Origin: Selaginella moellendorffii | Taxonomy: Eukaryota > Plantae > Lycopodiophyta | Assembly: GCF_000143415.4 (NCBI RefSeq) | Contig: NW_003314367.1 | Coordinates: 488,022-552,021 of the forward strand | Direction of reading: 5' to 3' | DNA length: 64,000 nucleotides | In this document: one piece after another, positions 13,599 through 26,985 of the stretch | Numbering within the stretch: the first letter of the stretch is position 1 | How the letters are laid out: every line of letters begins with the position of its first letter | Position numbers and translations under genes: made by a program | Notes under the pieces: generated by a model | The model's input: the letters and a program-made list of their open reading frames with translations, nothing else | The model's database searches: none | What the model was told of the DNA's origin: nothing

Positions 13599-14695
13599 AG
13601 GTAAAAGGTTGATGGTGCTAAAGAGCGAGTGAGCTTTCGGTTACTTATGGCCCTTTGATCTTCATGCAGGGGTTTTCAAGTTCTTCTCCAGCTTCCTTTG
13701 GAAAAATGTGCCACAGGTAAGAAGAATTCTCCCAATTATCTGGAAGTTTTTCGTGGCTAATACGTGATCAATCTCTCAGGACGCTGCTACGACGTGCTAC
13801 ACGGCTTTACATCCAAGCCTCAAGGACGTCACCGGGCAATACTTCGTGGATTCCAACAAATCCAGCTGTAGCGCTTATGGCAGAGATCCCGAGCTCGCTC
13901 ACAAGCTATGGACCTTCTCCCAGGAGCTTATAGACAAGCGTTCTCCATCCTAAAGGTAAAAGGTTGATGGTGCTAAAGAGCGAGTGAGCTTTCGGTTACT
14001 TATGGCCCTTTGATCTTCATGCAGGGGTTTTCAAGTTCTTCTCCAGCTTCCTTTGGAAAAATGTGCCACAGGTAAGAAGAATTCTCTCAATTATCTGGAA
14101 CTTTTTCGTGACTAATACGTGATTGATCTCTCAGGACGCTGCTACGACGTGCTACACGGCTTTACATCCAAGCCTTAAAGGACATCACCGGGCAATACTT
14201 CGTGGATTTCAACAAATCCAACTGTAGTGCTTATGGCAGAGATCCCGAGCTCGCTCACAAGCTATGGACCTTCTCCCAGGAGCTTATAGACAAGCATTCT
14301 CTGTCCTAAAGGTAAAAGGTTGATGGTGCTAAAGAGCGAGTGAGCTTTTGGTTACTTATGGACCTTTGATCTTCATGCAGAGGTTCTCAAGTTCTTCTCC
14401 AGCTTCCTTTGGAAAAATATGCCACAGGTAAGAAGAATTCTCCCAATTATCTGGAAGTTTTTCGTGGCTAATACGTGATTGATCTCTCAGGACGCTGCTA
14501 CGACGTGCTACACGGCTTTACATCCAAGCCTCAAGGACGTCACTGGGCAATATTTCGTGGATTCCAACAAATCCAGCTGTAGCGCTTATGGCAGAGATCC
14601 CGAGCTCGTTCACAAGCTATGGACCTTCTCCCAGGAGCTTATAGACAAGCATTCTCTGTCCTAAAGGTAAAAGGTTGATGGTACTAGAGAGCGAG
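13280..14695 (+). repeat. Four tandem ~355-bp copies of the last two SDR exons (units start 13280, 13635, 13990, 14346)
   Basis: Each unit starts TTT(C/T)GGTTACTTATGG and contains exon-intron-exon plus stop; few substitutions, 1-bp insertion in unit 3. Confidence 0.95.
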
Positions 14696-14774
14696 CTAGC
14701 AAACGAGGACAACTCGGCAATCATTTGTGGATAGACTGTATTTACTGTTCTCAAAAGCTCGAGCTCGAGCTTGA

Positions 14775-15690
14775 TCAAAAGTAAGACGCGTTGCCTACAT
14801 TGCGCATTACTAAAACTTTGGTTTCGAGCATGTCGTCCATCGCGTACTTGACACCCTCTCGTTGGATTGCAGAGTCTTTGATCCCACCATATGGCTGGTT
14901 ATCAACGTGCATGCTTGGCGAATCATTGAGGCAAAATCCTCCAGCTTGTGAAGATCGAATAATCATCAAACAAACAATCAATACTTTCTATATCTCAAAC
15001 ACAAAGCTACCTGTATGTGCTCAAACACATAGAAGGCCTTGTTTAGATCATGCGTAAAGGCGCTGGCTTGGAGACCGTAATGCGTGTTTCCTTCACGGCT
15101 TCCTTGAAATCACTGTGTCACCACCGTTTTAGTTTAGAGAGAGAAAAAGAGTAAATAAGAACTTTAGGAGCTAAGAAACTTTGAGAGCTTACTTGTATGA
15201 GTAGAGAAGGATCACGGGACCGAGAATCTCTTCCTTCCTTGCATCTGTGTCAAAGGGAGCGTCTTCCAGGATCGTTGGCTCCATGAAAGCTCCCCTTTGC
15301 TTACTACCAACTAGAAGTTTGGCACCTGCCTTCACTGCCTCGTTCACGCTCTTCTCCACTATAGCTGCCGACGACTTGGATATCATGGGCCTGATGGACG
15401 TGTCATCTTGGCGAGGATCTCCACCTTTGAGTTTCTTAAAGGCAGCAATCAATGCGGCCTTCACCTACACAATCAGCACCAGATACATTAGATCAAAGCT
15501 TGATTTGAGAACAAAGAATACAATAGAATTTAAATACGAGTGTCAGATACCTCCTTGTAAAGGCCACCTCTCATGTAAAGATGCTGCATGTGAATACACA
15601 ACTGGCTGCTTTGATAGAATCCCTTGTGGTGCTTTTGTTATATATGCCAAGTCCATTTACAATATTGACATATTCCCACCTTAACTCCAA
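14775..15690 (-). pseudogene. Aldehyde dehydrogenase 3' exons, ALDH21-like
   Basis: MEPTILEDAPFDTDARKEEILGPVILLYSYK|DFKEAVKE and NDSPSMHVDNQPYGGIKDSAIQREGVKYAMDDMLETKVLVMRNVG resemble moss ALDH21A1 as I recall it; frameshifts, 5' exons missing. Confidence 0.8.
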
Positions 15691-15699
15691 GGATGTAGA

Positions 15700-18600
15700 T
15701 AGTGGCAATAGAATTTGAGTGTTATAAATGGGTTTTACAAGATGAGAAATATATAAACCATTACTGAATCGTAAATTTGAGTATCAAAAAAACAATTAAT
15801 ATTTAAAGTATAGATTTTTTTAGTTAAAAACCAGATAGTGGAGTATTTGAAACAAGAAAGAAAATAAAAGAGTGCTATTGTTTTGAAATATAAATTACTA
15901 ATTATGTTATAAACTAATTTATTTTTCTATTCAGAGAAATTTTTGATGATATAAATATCCAAAACATGCATATATAGTTGAGTAAATTTTAAAAATGTGA
16001 TTAGTTTTGGAGGATATGTATAAGTAAAATTAATTTCTTAAATTATATTTAGTCTTCAAGAGTAGAGTTTTCTAACATTCATCTTAAAATTAAAATACAT
16101 AATACCTGTAAATATTAATTTTATAAATGTTTTGATAAATACTTGCAATACTTGAGTTAAATGTCAATAATATAGTTTATATTATTTGAAAAGTATAGTA
16201 AATATCAATATATTTTTTGTTAACATAGAAAAATGATATCTAACTATACAATTTTAACTTTTAAAAATTCTTTAAAATTTAAATATCAACAATGTAAATT
16301 TTAATACAATAAAATGATGAATTATTGAGAATAAAATACAATAGTAAGACTTTACTCACAAATGATAAATTTACTACTACAATTTTTTTTTCAAAATAAA
16401 AATGTAACAATAAATAATTAAATATATATATATTTTAATGACATTATATAGTTTTTTATAAAAAATATATCAACATTAATATTTACATAGTAATGTGTCT
16501 GATCCATGTTTATATTTAAAATATTAATATTTTTATAATATATTTTAAGAATGTAATAATGTGTCCGTTTATATAATTTTTGAATAGTAAGTAGTGTTGA
16601 ATCATTTAATAGTAATGTATTTTTAAATTGGAATGCATAGTTTTATCATAAGGCATTAGTACTGGTTTGTCCTAATACAAACATTATATCTCCAATATAA
16701 TTATTATATTTGGATGTACCTCTTTTCAAATACCTATAATGTAGTGTGAATATCTAGATACATTTACTGTATATTTTTAAATATAAAAAAAGACACATAA
16801 CAGAAATTCTATTATTCTTTTGTAAACTATAAAACTTAGAGGCACCATTACAATTCAGATAAAAAGTTTATGCAATAAAAATTATAATTTCTCCAAACTA
16901 ACCTTTTATTTTTTGGTAGTAAAACTCAATTGCTTTTAAAGCCTGACAGCAATCTTCTAGATGTGTTTAGGGTTTTGTAGCTTTTAATAAAGTAAATAAA
17001 AAATTCAAATTCAAATTTAATGATTATTAAAAAATGATCTTATCTTCCCCAACACTTGCATTATTATCTCAGTGCGTTATTGTCCATTTCTCTGGAGATG
17101 AATATTAGCAAAGTTAAGCTAAATTTAACCTTGTATACAATCAAAATTTCTAATATTGTAAAATTTGAAAAGAAGATCTATTTATCTTGGGTATGCTATA
17201 TCTCCCAGCAGATATTTCAGCATACTCTTTGTTCTATAGAATGAAATCTTTATAAAAAAAAGAGTACTTGATTGATTTGATACTACATTACGAAAATTAA
17301 ACATAATTTTGCTGCACAAAGATGGTATGCAGTAGACATATTAGAAAATATACTTAAAATTTAAAAATAAATAAAGTAGTGACTATAGAAAATAATATAA
17401 TTCTATCATATATAGAAAAATGATAGAAAATAGCTTCAATTCAATTCAATTCAATTCAATTGAAAAAATATGTGAATTTGTAATTAAAATTGTAATTCTA
17501 TTCCTCCAGCCTCAATCAAACCTCTAGCTATTTTATCTTATAAAGTAGGTTTATTTTTATGAATAATCTTATGATACTTATTTCAGATTCATCAATTAAT
17601 CTATTCACATAGAGTTGTTGGTTAGCTCATATATACTCTAATATCTGTGTAAAATCATAAAGTTATAATACGTTTTTTAAGACTAATAATGTGTTCTTTG
17701 ATACATTGAAAAAATAAATAAATATAATGACGTATAGAAAAAAATATGATTGAGACAACATTAGACACAATACAAAAGGAAACCATCTAAAAANNNNNNN
17801 NNNNNNNNNNNNNNNNNNNNNNNNNNNNNNNNNNNNNNNNNNNNNNNNNNNNNNNNNNNNNNNNNNNNNNNNNNNNNNNNNNNNNNNNNNNNNNNNNNNN
17901 NNNNNNNNNNNNNNNNNNNNNNNNNNNNNNNNNNNNNNNNNNNNNNNNNNNNNNNNNNNNNNNNNNNNNNNNNNNNNNNNNNNNNNNNNNNNNNNNNNNN
18001 NNNNNNNNNNNNNNNNNNNNNNNNNNNNNNNNNNNNNNNNNNNNNNNNNNNNNNNNNNNNAATGATAAATAATAATATACTTTAACTTTTAATTAGTTCT
18101 CCTAAATGTATAAACATAAATATTATGAATGGGGAGGATGTCAAATACAAATATAAAAAGAACATTAACAAAAAACATGCTATGTACTTATGGAGATTTA
18201 ATTATATATACTTTTTTGAAAACATTTAATTGAAAAAAAATATTAAAATAGAATATAAAAAATTAGTGTCTATAACAATATCTTATATTCTAATTGAAAA
18301 TAGAGGACTTCATAGGTACACAATGTATTACACACTCTTGATTTATTGGTAAAGATTGTTCTATATTATTGGTGTATTAATACTTTTTATTTTATAAAAC
18401 AGCTAATAAAAGTATTTTAAAAAATATTATTTCTATATATTCCCAGAGGAGTTGTATTTTTTTCATAAATGTGACATATAATTTTTCTCTATCAAGAAAC
18501 CATTAACTTTTATTCTTTTAAATACTTAATTTACCATTTTGAACTAACAAGATATTTTCCTTATGTTCTGATAGCAATTGAGATAATACATATGCAGAAA

Positions 18601-20078
18601 AAATCTAGAGCAAGATCAAAAGACTTATGTAAACCATATGGTTTAACTATAGCAAATAAATCATTGTGTCAATATTGAGGCAAAAGATAAAACTCATGTA
18701 AAGCTGCTGGTAGATTAAAGCAAGGTTATGAGCAAGAAGACTAATTAAAAACATAAAAGACTTTGTTAATTTTTTAGATATTATTAAGAAATGGATTTGA
18801 TATTTGTATGTGTATGAGATATCTTATACCATATTAGATACCATGTCATATATGAGACATAAATTCATAGTTTTATCATTAAGCTTTAATACANNNNNNN
18901 NNNNNNNNNNNNNNNNNNNNNNNNNNNNNNNNNNNNNNNNNNNNNNNNNNNNNNNNNNNNNNNNNNNNNNNNNNNNNNNNNNNNNNNNNNNNNNNNNNNN
19001 NNNNNNNNNNNNNNNNNNNNNNNNNNNATGGTAGCAAGCTAGATACATTTATTTATGTATGTTTAAAATCTAAAACCCGACAGATAATAGAAATTTTATT
19101 ATTCTTTAGTAAAATATGAATGTTAGAGGCATCATTATAGTTCAGAGAAAAATAATTTAACTCAGTATGCAATTAAAATTAAAATTTCTCGAAACTAAGC
19201 TATTTTGTTTTTGGTAGTCTATGATTTTTTTGTTTTGTGAAAACTTAAGTGCTTTTCAAGCAAGGCAAAAATCCTGCATGTGTGTTTAGGGTTGTGCACC
19301 TTTTTTATAAAGGCAATGAAACATCAAAGTCAAATTTATTGATGATAAAAAATGATCTTATCTTCCCCAACACTTGCATTATTATCTATTTGCATTATTG
19401 TGCATTTCTTTAGAGATTAATAGCAGAAAATTTTAGATAAATATAGCTTTATATAAAATCCAAATTTCTAAAATTTTAAATTTATAAAAAGAAGATTTAT
19501 TTATCTTGGGTATGCTATATCTCCCAGAGATAAACTATATCAAGCTCTAAAATCAAGCTTTGGATATGAGAGCTTCTCTACCAAGAGTCTCAAAATATAA
19601 TTGAAAGGGGGAATAATGTATGTTATTCATCATTTCTATTGTCACTTGTATATTCACAACAGAATTATAACTTGAAATTTGGTAACACATTAATATATAA
19701 CTAATTTATAGATACTTTCAGTTTATAATTTAGATTTATTTAAAGCTATAATCTAAATCAAAATATTTTTAATCTAAAAATACAAAAAACAATTTAGAAC
19801 ATTAATACAAAAAATTATATATAAATACTACTCAAACCTAAATATACTTAACCCTAAGTATCCTAAGATCTTTAACTAATTGCAAAAACTCTTGTTTAAA
19901 AACCTTTTTCCTTTATTTTATATTATAACTCATCTATGATTTATCATTTATCATTTATCTGATAACAAATTATAATGCATCTGATAAATTTAACCTTGTA
20001 TACAATAAAATTAGAAAAAAAAATTTATTTATCTTAGGTATGCTATATCTCCCAGCAGAGCTGGGGTCTCTCTGCTAG
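15700..20078 (+). mobile_element. AT-rich non-coding Helitron segment ending in a second-family 3' terminus
   Basis: Hairpin CCCAGC-AGA-GCTGGG at 20051-20065 then CTAG (20075-20078)|T; internal duplicated blocks ~16790-17210 and ~19080-19530. Confidence 0.7.
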
Positions 20079-20272
20079 TACTCATATATTTAAACCAAAG
20101 AGCTGGTATAATAATAGCATATACTGGCGACACTTATTCTGGGCATATGCCAAAATCTAACGGTTGAGATTAAACAATGGAGAGCCGTGACTTTTGGGAT
20201 CATAAAAAATTTCAATTGTCTTTTAGGGCGCATGAGCACGAGGAGACAGTGTCGATCATCGCTAGCGGGAAG

Positions 20273-20413
<141 letters not shown>

Positions 20414-20419
20414 CTCGCA

Positions 20420-21595
20420 ATCTTGCAAGCCTGTGATGAAAGGAATGCACCCTTCTCCTCGGGACAGCCACAGCTCCACGGCCGTCGGGTCTAAGCTTTG
20501 GTGGTACTGATGGAACCAGCACGTTCGACGATCTCTTTGTTTTGGATACTGGTAAGCTCCAAGTTCTATCATTTTTTTTTCTTCTTCTTATCATCCGATG
20601 CAGCTACCAACACCTGGGGGAAACCCAACGTTTGGTGATGTTCCTGCTCCAAGAGAAGGACATAGCGTGTCTCTCATCGATGACAACCTGTTCGTGTTTG
20701 GGGGATGTGGGAAATCCAGCAATCCCTCAGAGTAGGAGTACTACAACGTCCTCCATGTTTTGAACACGAGCAATATTCTGTTATCTTTCCTTGTTTTCTT
20801 CTAAACTTTTTTTTTTCCTGTAGATACTTTTGTCTGGAAGAAGATTTCTACCACTGGAGTCTCGCCTATTCCTCGGGATAGCCATACCTGCTCTTCCTAT
20901 AAGAACTGTTTCGTTGTCATGGGTGGCGAGGATGGTGGTAATCCAGAAACAATGGCATGGTGGTTCTGGACACANNNNNNNNNNNNNNNNNNNNNNNNNN
21001 NNNNNNNNNNNNNNNNNNNNNNNNNNNNNNNNNNNNNNNNNNNNNNNNNNNNNNNNNNNNNNNNNNNNNNNNNNNNNNNNNNNNNNNNNNNNNNNNNNNN
21101 NNNNNNTTCTTCTATGAGGGATGTAACGAAGAGCTTGAAGCTCTGGATGACATGTATTTCCTCGACACAGGTTGGCTTCTTCTTTTATTGACATTGCTGC
21201 TGACAATATGGTTGCCGTTTTTCTGTGAAAAGATGCTGAGGGAGAAAGATCCATCAGAACCAAAGCTATCCATGCGTAAGGAACGGCAAAAGTATCGTGC
21301 CACGCCATTCGTGCTAGACAAGCAACGGGATGCGGACAAGAGCTTGGTTTCATCTCACGGAGGTATCTGCAGAAAACCTTGGACCTCTCCAATTTTTCCT
21401 GTCAAACTCATGCTACAGAGTTTCAAGCTCACGTTCAGCCGCTAGGTGAGAAGATGTTCGAGGCTAGAGAAAGCGACGTATTCAACTACGGATACACGCT
21501 AGAAGCGTCCATCGATGGGAAACTCGTCCATGGGCTGCTCTTCTCGTACAAGCCTGGCTTTGCTCAGGCAGTGCAATCTTACATGGCAAGGTTTG
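20420..21595 (+). pseudogene. Kelch-repeat (galactose oxidase/kelch superfamily) gene fragments
   Basis: PSPRDSHSSTAVGSKL, PAPREGHS, FVFGGCGKS, PIPRDSHTCSSYKNCFVVMGGEDG, ALDDMYFLDT, GYTLEASIDGKLVHGLLFSY; stops and frameshifts. Confidence 0.8.
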
Positions 21596-21694
21596 TTTCG
21601 TTTGATCCTCAGTTACTCTCTAACACCAGGAAGGAAAACATCACAGGAGGAAACCACAGGACGTTCAAAAGGCCGTAGTAAAGGCCAAACCGTG

Positions 21695-21850
21695 TGTATG
21701 CAGCTGCATTGGAGGATTTGGTTGGGTTTCTGACGCAAGGAAAGTTTGCCGACTTTGTGGTGTTGTCCAAGTCTCCTTTTGGACAGGGCACGGGCATTTT
21801 TCCTCGAGTGATTGCATTCGTTGGTGGAAATATTGCCTTCCTTTCTTAAG
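21695..21850 (+). pseudogene. Amidohydrolase-family C-terminal exon fragment
   Basis: VGFLTQGKFADFVVLS...VIAFVGG resembles the GxLxxGKxADFVVL...TxVGG terminus of amidohydrolases. Confidence 0.55.
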
Positions 21851-21889
21851 GCGTTATTCCATAATTATTTGGTCTTTTAAATATAGCAT

Positions 21890-22110
21890 ATTTGCGAGAA
21901 GATTGGTGAGGAGAAAGCAGCCAGAATCATCAAGATTTATTTGAGGGGCGTGGTTCACCAGGATCTCAAGCTCGACAACATTCTTTCCAAGCTAAACATG
22001 CGTGACAAAGTGGTGATCAGCACCTTTAGGAGATATCACCACAGCGAAGTACATGGCAGCTGAGGTGATGGAGAACAAGGATTGGAGCTCTACATGGCAG
22101 CCTACTCTAC
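21890..22110 (+). pseudogene. Ser/Thr protein kinase catalytic-loop fragment
   Basis: RGVVHQDLKLDNIL (HRDLKxxN) and downstream YMAAEV-like remnant. Confidence 0.55.
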
Positions 22111-22257
22111 TTTCTTACAGACAAAGCCATGAACTGTTTTTAAAAAAGCCATTTCTGAAGGAATAAGACAGCATTAAATAAACTGTTGTATATGTACGTG
22201 TTTATAGACACAACTTTGAAGCCATGAGCTTGGTTTGATTCGGTACATGATATTTGT

Positions 22258-22647
22258 ACATTAACTCAGGGCATAGAAATGATATCCGTGTTTGATTTTA
22301 TTTAGTGTTTTGCTCTCTCTCTAAAGGTTTTAGGTAAAAAACAAAATGTCTATATGTCGTTCCAGATCACGATCCTAAAAACACTTAAAACATTCAAAAG
22401 GAAGCATGCAGGCAGAAACAGTTTAGAAGAGTGACCTGCACATACAAGAATCTCTACATTAACTCAGGGCATAGAAATGATTTCTGTGTTTGATTTTATT
22501 TAGTGTTTTGCTTTCTCTTGTAAAGGTTTTAGGTAAAAAACAAAATGTCTATATGTCATTCCAGATCACGATCCTAAAAAACATTCAAAAGGAAGCGTGC
22601 AGGCAGAAAACAGTTCAGAAGAGTGACCTGCACATACAAGAATCTCT
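22258..22647 (+). repeat. ~200-bp tandem duplication
   Basis: TACATTAACTCAGGGCATAGAAATGA...CATACAAGAATCTCTA occurs twice, back to back. Confidence 0.85.
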
Positions 22648-23509
22648 ATTCTATTGTGCTATTGCTATGTTTGCTTGAATACAAAACAGAAAAAAAAACC
22701 AAAAAAACTTATCAATAAGAAACTGCATCGTTGCATGACGATCTAAACAGAACTAACACCTACCAAAGCTATTCTACTTTGCTGAAATCTACTAGCCTAT
22801 TATACAAATTGAAATAACTAGCTGGAAATGGGCCGCAACAGAAAGCAGAAAACTGTGGATGCCATTTTAGAAGGGGATGTAATTGTAGCAAATGCTACTG
22901 GAAATCAAGAACTCATACCTTTTACCACTAATGTGGAGATTTGTTTGGAAATTAATATGGGCAAAAACAATGCTTGCAGAATATGTGAAACCAGAGATGT
23001 TATGCCAACTGGCAACACCCATGGATTTGTCAAAAATTGCAGCATTAAGATCAACAAGCTGTGAAGGAGTGGTGTAAAAAAGAGTGCTCCCGGCCTTGAG
23101 AACGACTTGGGCATGAAGAAAGTTCGAGCAGCTTAAAAGAAAATGCCAGCAGTAAGTTCCTATTTCCTTTTCACCATTACTAACTTCATTTGCTTGCGTT
23201 TTTCTTTTTGTATTCTCTGGACATCAACATCTCTTATGTCTATGGCTGGAAAACATTTTTGGTGGCTGCCGAGAACAACTGTGGAATGAAAACAAGTTGA
23301 AACGAAAAGGAAAACGAGGGAGTTGAAATGTAAAGAAAGAATTGTAAAACGTTTATTGATATATAAATAAAGACCAAAGTTGAAATGAGATCTTTCGCTA
23401 ATCATCCAATATATTTAAACGAAAGTGCCTCATTGATCATTGCAGTAGGTGGCCCTAATTATTTTAATCTATATATATAAATTTAATATAATATTGGAAG
23501 TTTGAAACA

Positions 23510-23810
23510 AAATAATGAAAAATATGCAGCTTATTCACAATGAAATATTTTAAAATACTGCTCAAGAAACGGAAATAAAAAATAAAAAACACAATTATAA
23601 ATGCAATGAGCAACTAATGGGTGGTCTTGATAAATTATTAAAAGAGATAAATACCTATGCTAATGCATTCAAAAAATGGTAAGAAATAGAGAATGAAGAG
23701 TTAAATTCAACAAATATTCAAGGAGGCATAAATGATATTGTAATACATATAAAAGGCAATTGGACAACTGATCCAAGATGATATAATGCACTAGGTTCAA
23801 ATGATTTTAA
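23510..23810 (+). pseudogene. Decayed Helitron Rep N-terminal region relic
   Basis: LMGGLDKLLKEINTYANAFKK...DPR*YNALGSND resembles the RepHel LxxMLxxxNPYxxxFK...DxRRYNxPT motif. Confidence 0.5.
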
Positions 23811-25278
23811 ACATTTAGTTGTACAAAGATGGTATTCATTGATGAATTTTTTTATTATGTCCACTATATACGATATTTTAAAAAAATATATATGTTCAAA
23901 TATGTTTAAAAATATAGTATCAAATCAATGAAATACTCTTTCTTCTAGAACAAAACTTTATAGAACAAAGAGTATCTGATACAATTCAATACTACATTAT
24001 TAAAATTAAAAATAATTTTTATTACAAAGATGGTATATAGTACACACAATAAAAGATATACTATAAAGTTAAAAGTAAATAAAGTAGTGACTATAGAAAT
24101 GATATATTTTATAACTTAAAATCGAAGAGTTGAATAGCTCCAGCTATTATATCTTGTAAATAAGCTATACTTTTATCATAATCTTATGATTTATAACTTT
24201 ATGATATTGCATAAATATGAGACTATAACTGAGCTCATAGACAACTCAATATGAGTAGATTCATTGATGAATATGTTATAAGTCTGTTATTTACACTAAT
24301 AATTTCTGCATTGATACATGGAAAACAGATAAATAAAATATCATTGAGACAACATTAGACACAATACAAAAGGCTACCATCTTAAAAAATGTGATTCATC
24401 ATCACTTAAAATTTTATTATTAATAAAGCAATATATGGACCATTTTTTCATTTTCTGATATGTTATGGTTTTAGGAAAAAACAATATTATGAATCATGAA
24501 TACCATAATATAAGGATAAAAACTTAGCTTTCATTGAAAGATTTAGCCTCATTGTAAATTTATATAAAAAGAAATTAAACATAAAGGTAATAATCTTAAT
24601 TCATTTTAGCATTCTCTCTATATAAAAACATATACAGAAAGAATCTTAATGATATAAAATATAATACTTTAACTTTTAGATAGTACTTCTAAAAAGTATG
24701 ATATTTTGAAGGGAGAGGATATCGAATAAAAATATGAAAAAAAATTCTAAAATAGAAATATAATGTAATTTTAGAGAATAATGTTAAATAAATTTTAAAA
24801 ATACTAAATACAATAAAGAAAAAAAATCTAAATTAGAATATAAATAAAATAGTTTCTATAAAAAATATGATATTTTATAATTTAAAATAGAGGAGTTAAT
24901 AGTTCTAGATATCTGTTATGTAAAATATTTTCTTATTAGTAATCTTATGTTATTTTACTTTTACTTTTAATTATGTCTCTTTCCAAGTAAGATCTTGTGC
25001 CGATACTAAATTTAATTTCTCAGAAGTATGTGGTTGAGGATGCCTGAAATTAACAGTGATTTATGCCTGAAAGTAGCAGCAATTTTCTAAAAAAATTTGA
25101 GGATTCTAATCAATAAGTATAAGCTGCATAGTAAACTCTAAGTGAATTTGCAAGAAAAAGAAATGTAGTATCAAATGAAGTGCTCTAAGGTTCCTCTAAG
25201 CCAATAGACTAAATGTATAATTTTCAAGCTGGCTGATAAATTCTATAATCTTTTTGTGTGTGTTATTTGAATACTTAC

Positions 25279-25674
25279 TTATTGTGACTCTTTTGCCATG
25301 AAGGGCACATAAATTGATGGCTTCAAAGAGTTGGACAAGGTAGTTCTCAGCAGCCTGTTGCTCCTTTGATGGAACACTTTGCATGCATGACAGTTGGAAC
25401 TTGATGATTTTGATCCTTTTATGTCAAACTGGTCTTTTCAAATACTAATAACAATTTTTTCATAGACTAATATTACTTTTATTCTATAAAGTCTAATCTA
25501 CAGCAATTCTTCATGCAATTCTTCATGAACTATTGAGCCAGTCTGTTTCACTGATTTGATCCTGCAATTCTTCATGCAATTCTTCATGGATCAATTCCTG
25601 CTCTATTAACTGCAAAGGAAAGCCACACCTGATCGCCGCCCTAGCTTTCTCGGTGTTGATTTGCTCCTGACCAT
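25279..25674 (-). pseudogene. Histone H3 variant (CENH3-like) exon fragments: 25674-25629 and 25354-25279
   Basis: First exon MVRSKSTPRKLGRRS|GT; second AG|AAENYLVQLFEAINLCALHGKRVTI|GT, matching the H3 alpha2-alpha3 region with intron positions typical of plant CENH3. Confidence 0.6.
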
Positions 25675-26949
25675 GACAACCCTCCTCTCGCTCTTGCAAT
25701 TCCTAGCACCGCCTGCCTCTTATTATTTATCTGTTATTATTAAAATATTTTCGTATTAGTAATCTTATGTTATTTATTAATATAAATATAAATGAAATTA
25801 AACATATTGAGATGTCAATTGGCTAAGATGTAGCCTAAGATTTATATAATATCATAAATTTTCTACCACTTTATCCTACATTGCATTTATACATGAAAAA
25901 CATAATAAGGTATAAATATGATTGAGACAACATTAGTACATGGACCATATAAAGAAATTTAATTATATTATATTAAACCTTCTATATACCATTCATGAAT
26001 TTCCTGATATATTATAGTTCTAGCATTAAGAAAAGGTTATATATCATCAAACCCTACTCTACCCCAGTATAGAGTAAAACATTACCATTCATTTATCATC
26101 ATAAAATTTCAGCATTCATAACAGTGTTATAAAGACTTAATTTTAAATATAAATACATGAATATAGAGAGATAATAATCTTATTTCAGATTTATAAAAAA
26201 TAACTACAGAAATAATGTTTATGATATATATATAGAATACTTTCTATTTTAAATATTACTCTAAAAATTCATGAATATAAATATTAGGTAAAAAGGGAAT
26301 ATCAATGATAAATATGTAAAATATTATAATTTTATAAAAGAAAATATAACACATAAAGCTAACATCTTTCACTTATTATCATGCAATTCCAAAACTTNNN
26401 NNNNNNNNNNNNNNNNNNNNNNNNNNNNNNNNNNNNNNNNNNNNNNNNNNNNNNNNNNNNNNNNNNNNNNNNNNNNNNNNNNNNNNNNNNNNNNNNNNNN
26501 NNNNNNNNNNNNNNNNNNNNNNNNNNNNNNNNNNNNNNNNNNNNNNNNNNNNNNNNNNNNNNNNNNNNNNNNNNNNNNNNNNNNNNNNNNNNNNNNNNNN
26601 NNNNNNNNNNNNNNNNNNNNNNNNNNNNNNNNNNNNNNNNNNNNNNNNNNNNNNNNNNNNNNNNNNNNNNNNNNNNNNNNNNNNNNNNNNNNNNNNNNNN
26701 NNNNNNNNNNNNNNNNNNNNNNNNNNNNNNNNNNNNNNNNNNNNNNNNNNNNNNNNNNNNNNNNNNNNNNNNNNNNNNNNNNNNNNNNNNNNNNNNNNNN
26801 NNNNNNNNNNNNNNNNNNNNNNNNNNNNNNNNNNNNNNNNNNNNNNNATAGACGGCATAGATCAAGTGCCAAAGGGGTGGCAACGCTTCAATGTGATTTT
26901 AATGACGTTCCAAATCAAGGAAAGTTTTAGGGCAGATTGTGAGCTGCAA

Positions 26950-26954
<5 letters not shown>

Positions 26955-26981
<27 letters not shown>
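26955..26981. repeat. Short (CT)n microsatellite
   Basis: CT run visible in the sequence. Confidence 0.9.

Positions 26982-26985
<4 letters not shown>

Noticed and set aside
13280-14695. 355-bp units as a CRISPR or satellite array
   Set aside because: Units are whole duplicated exon-intron-exon segments with no unique spacers.
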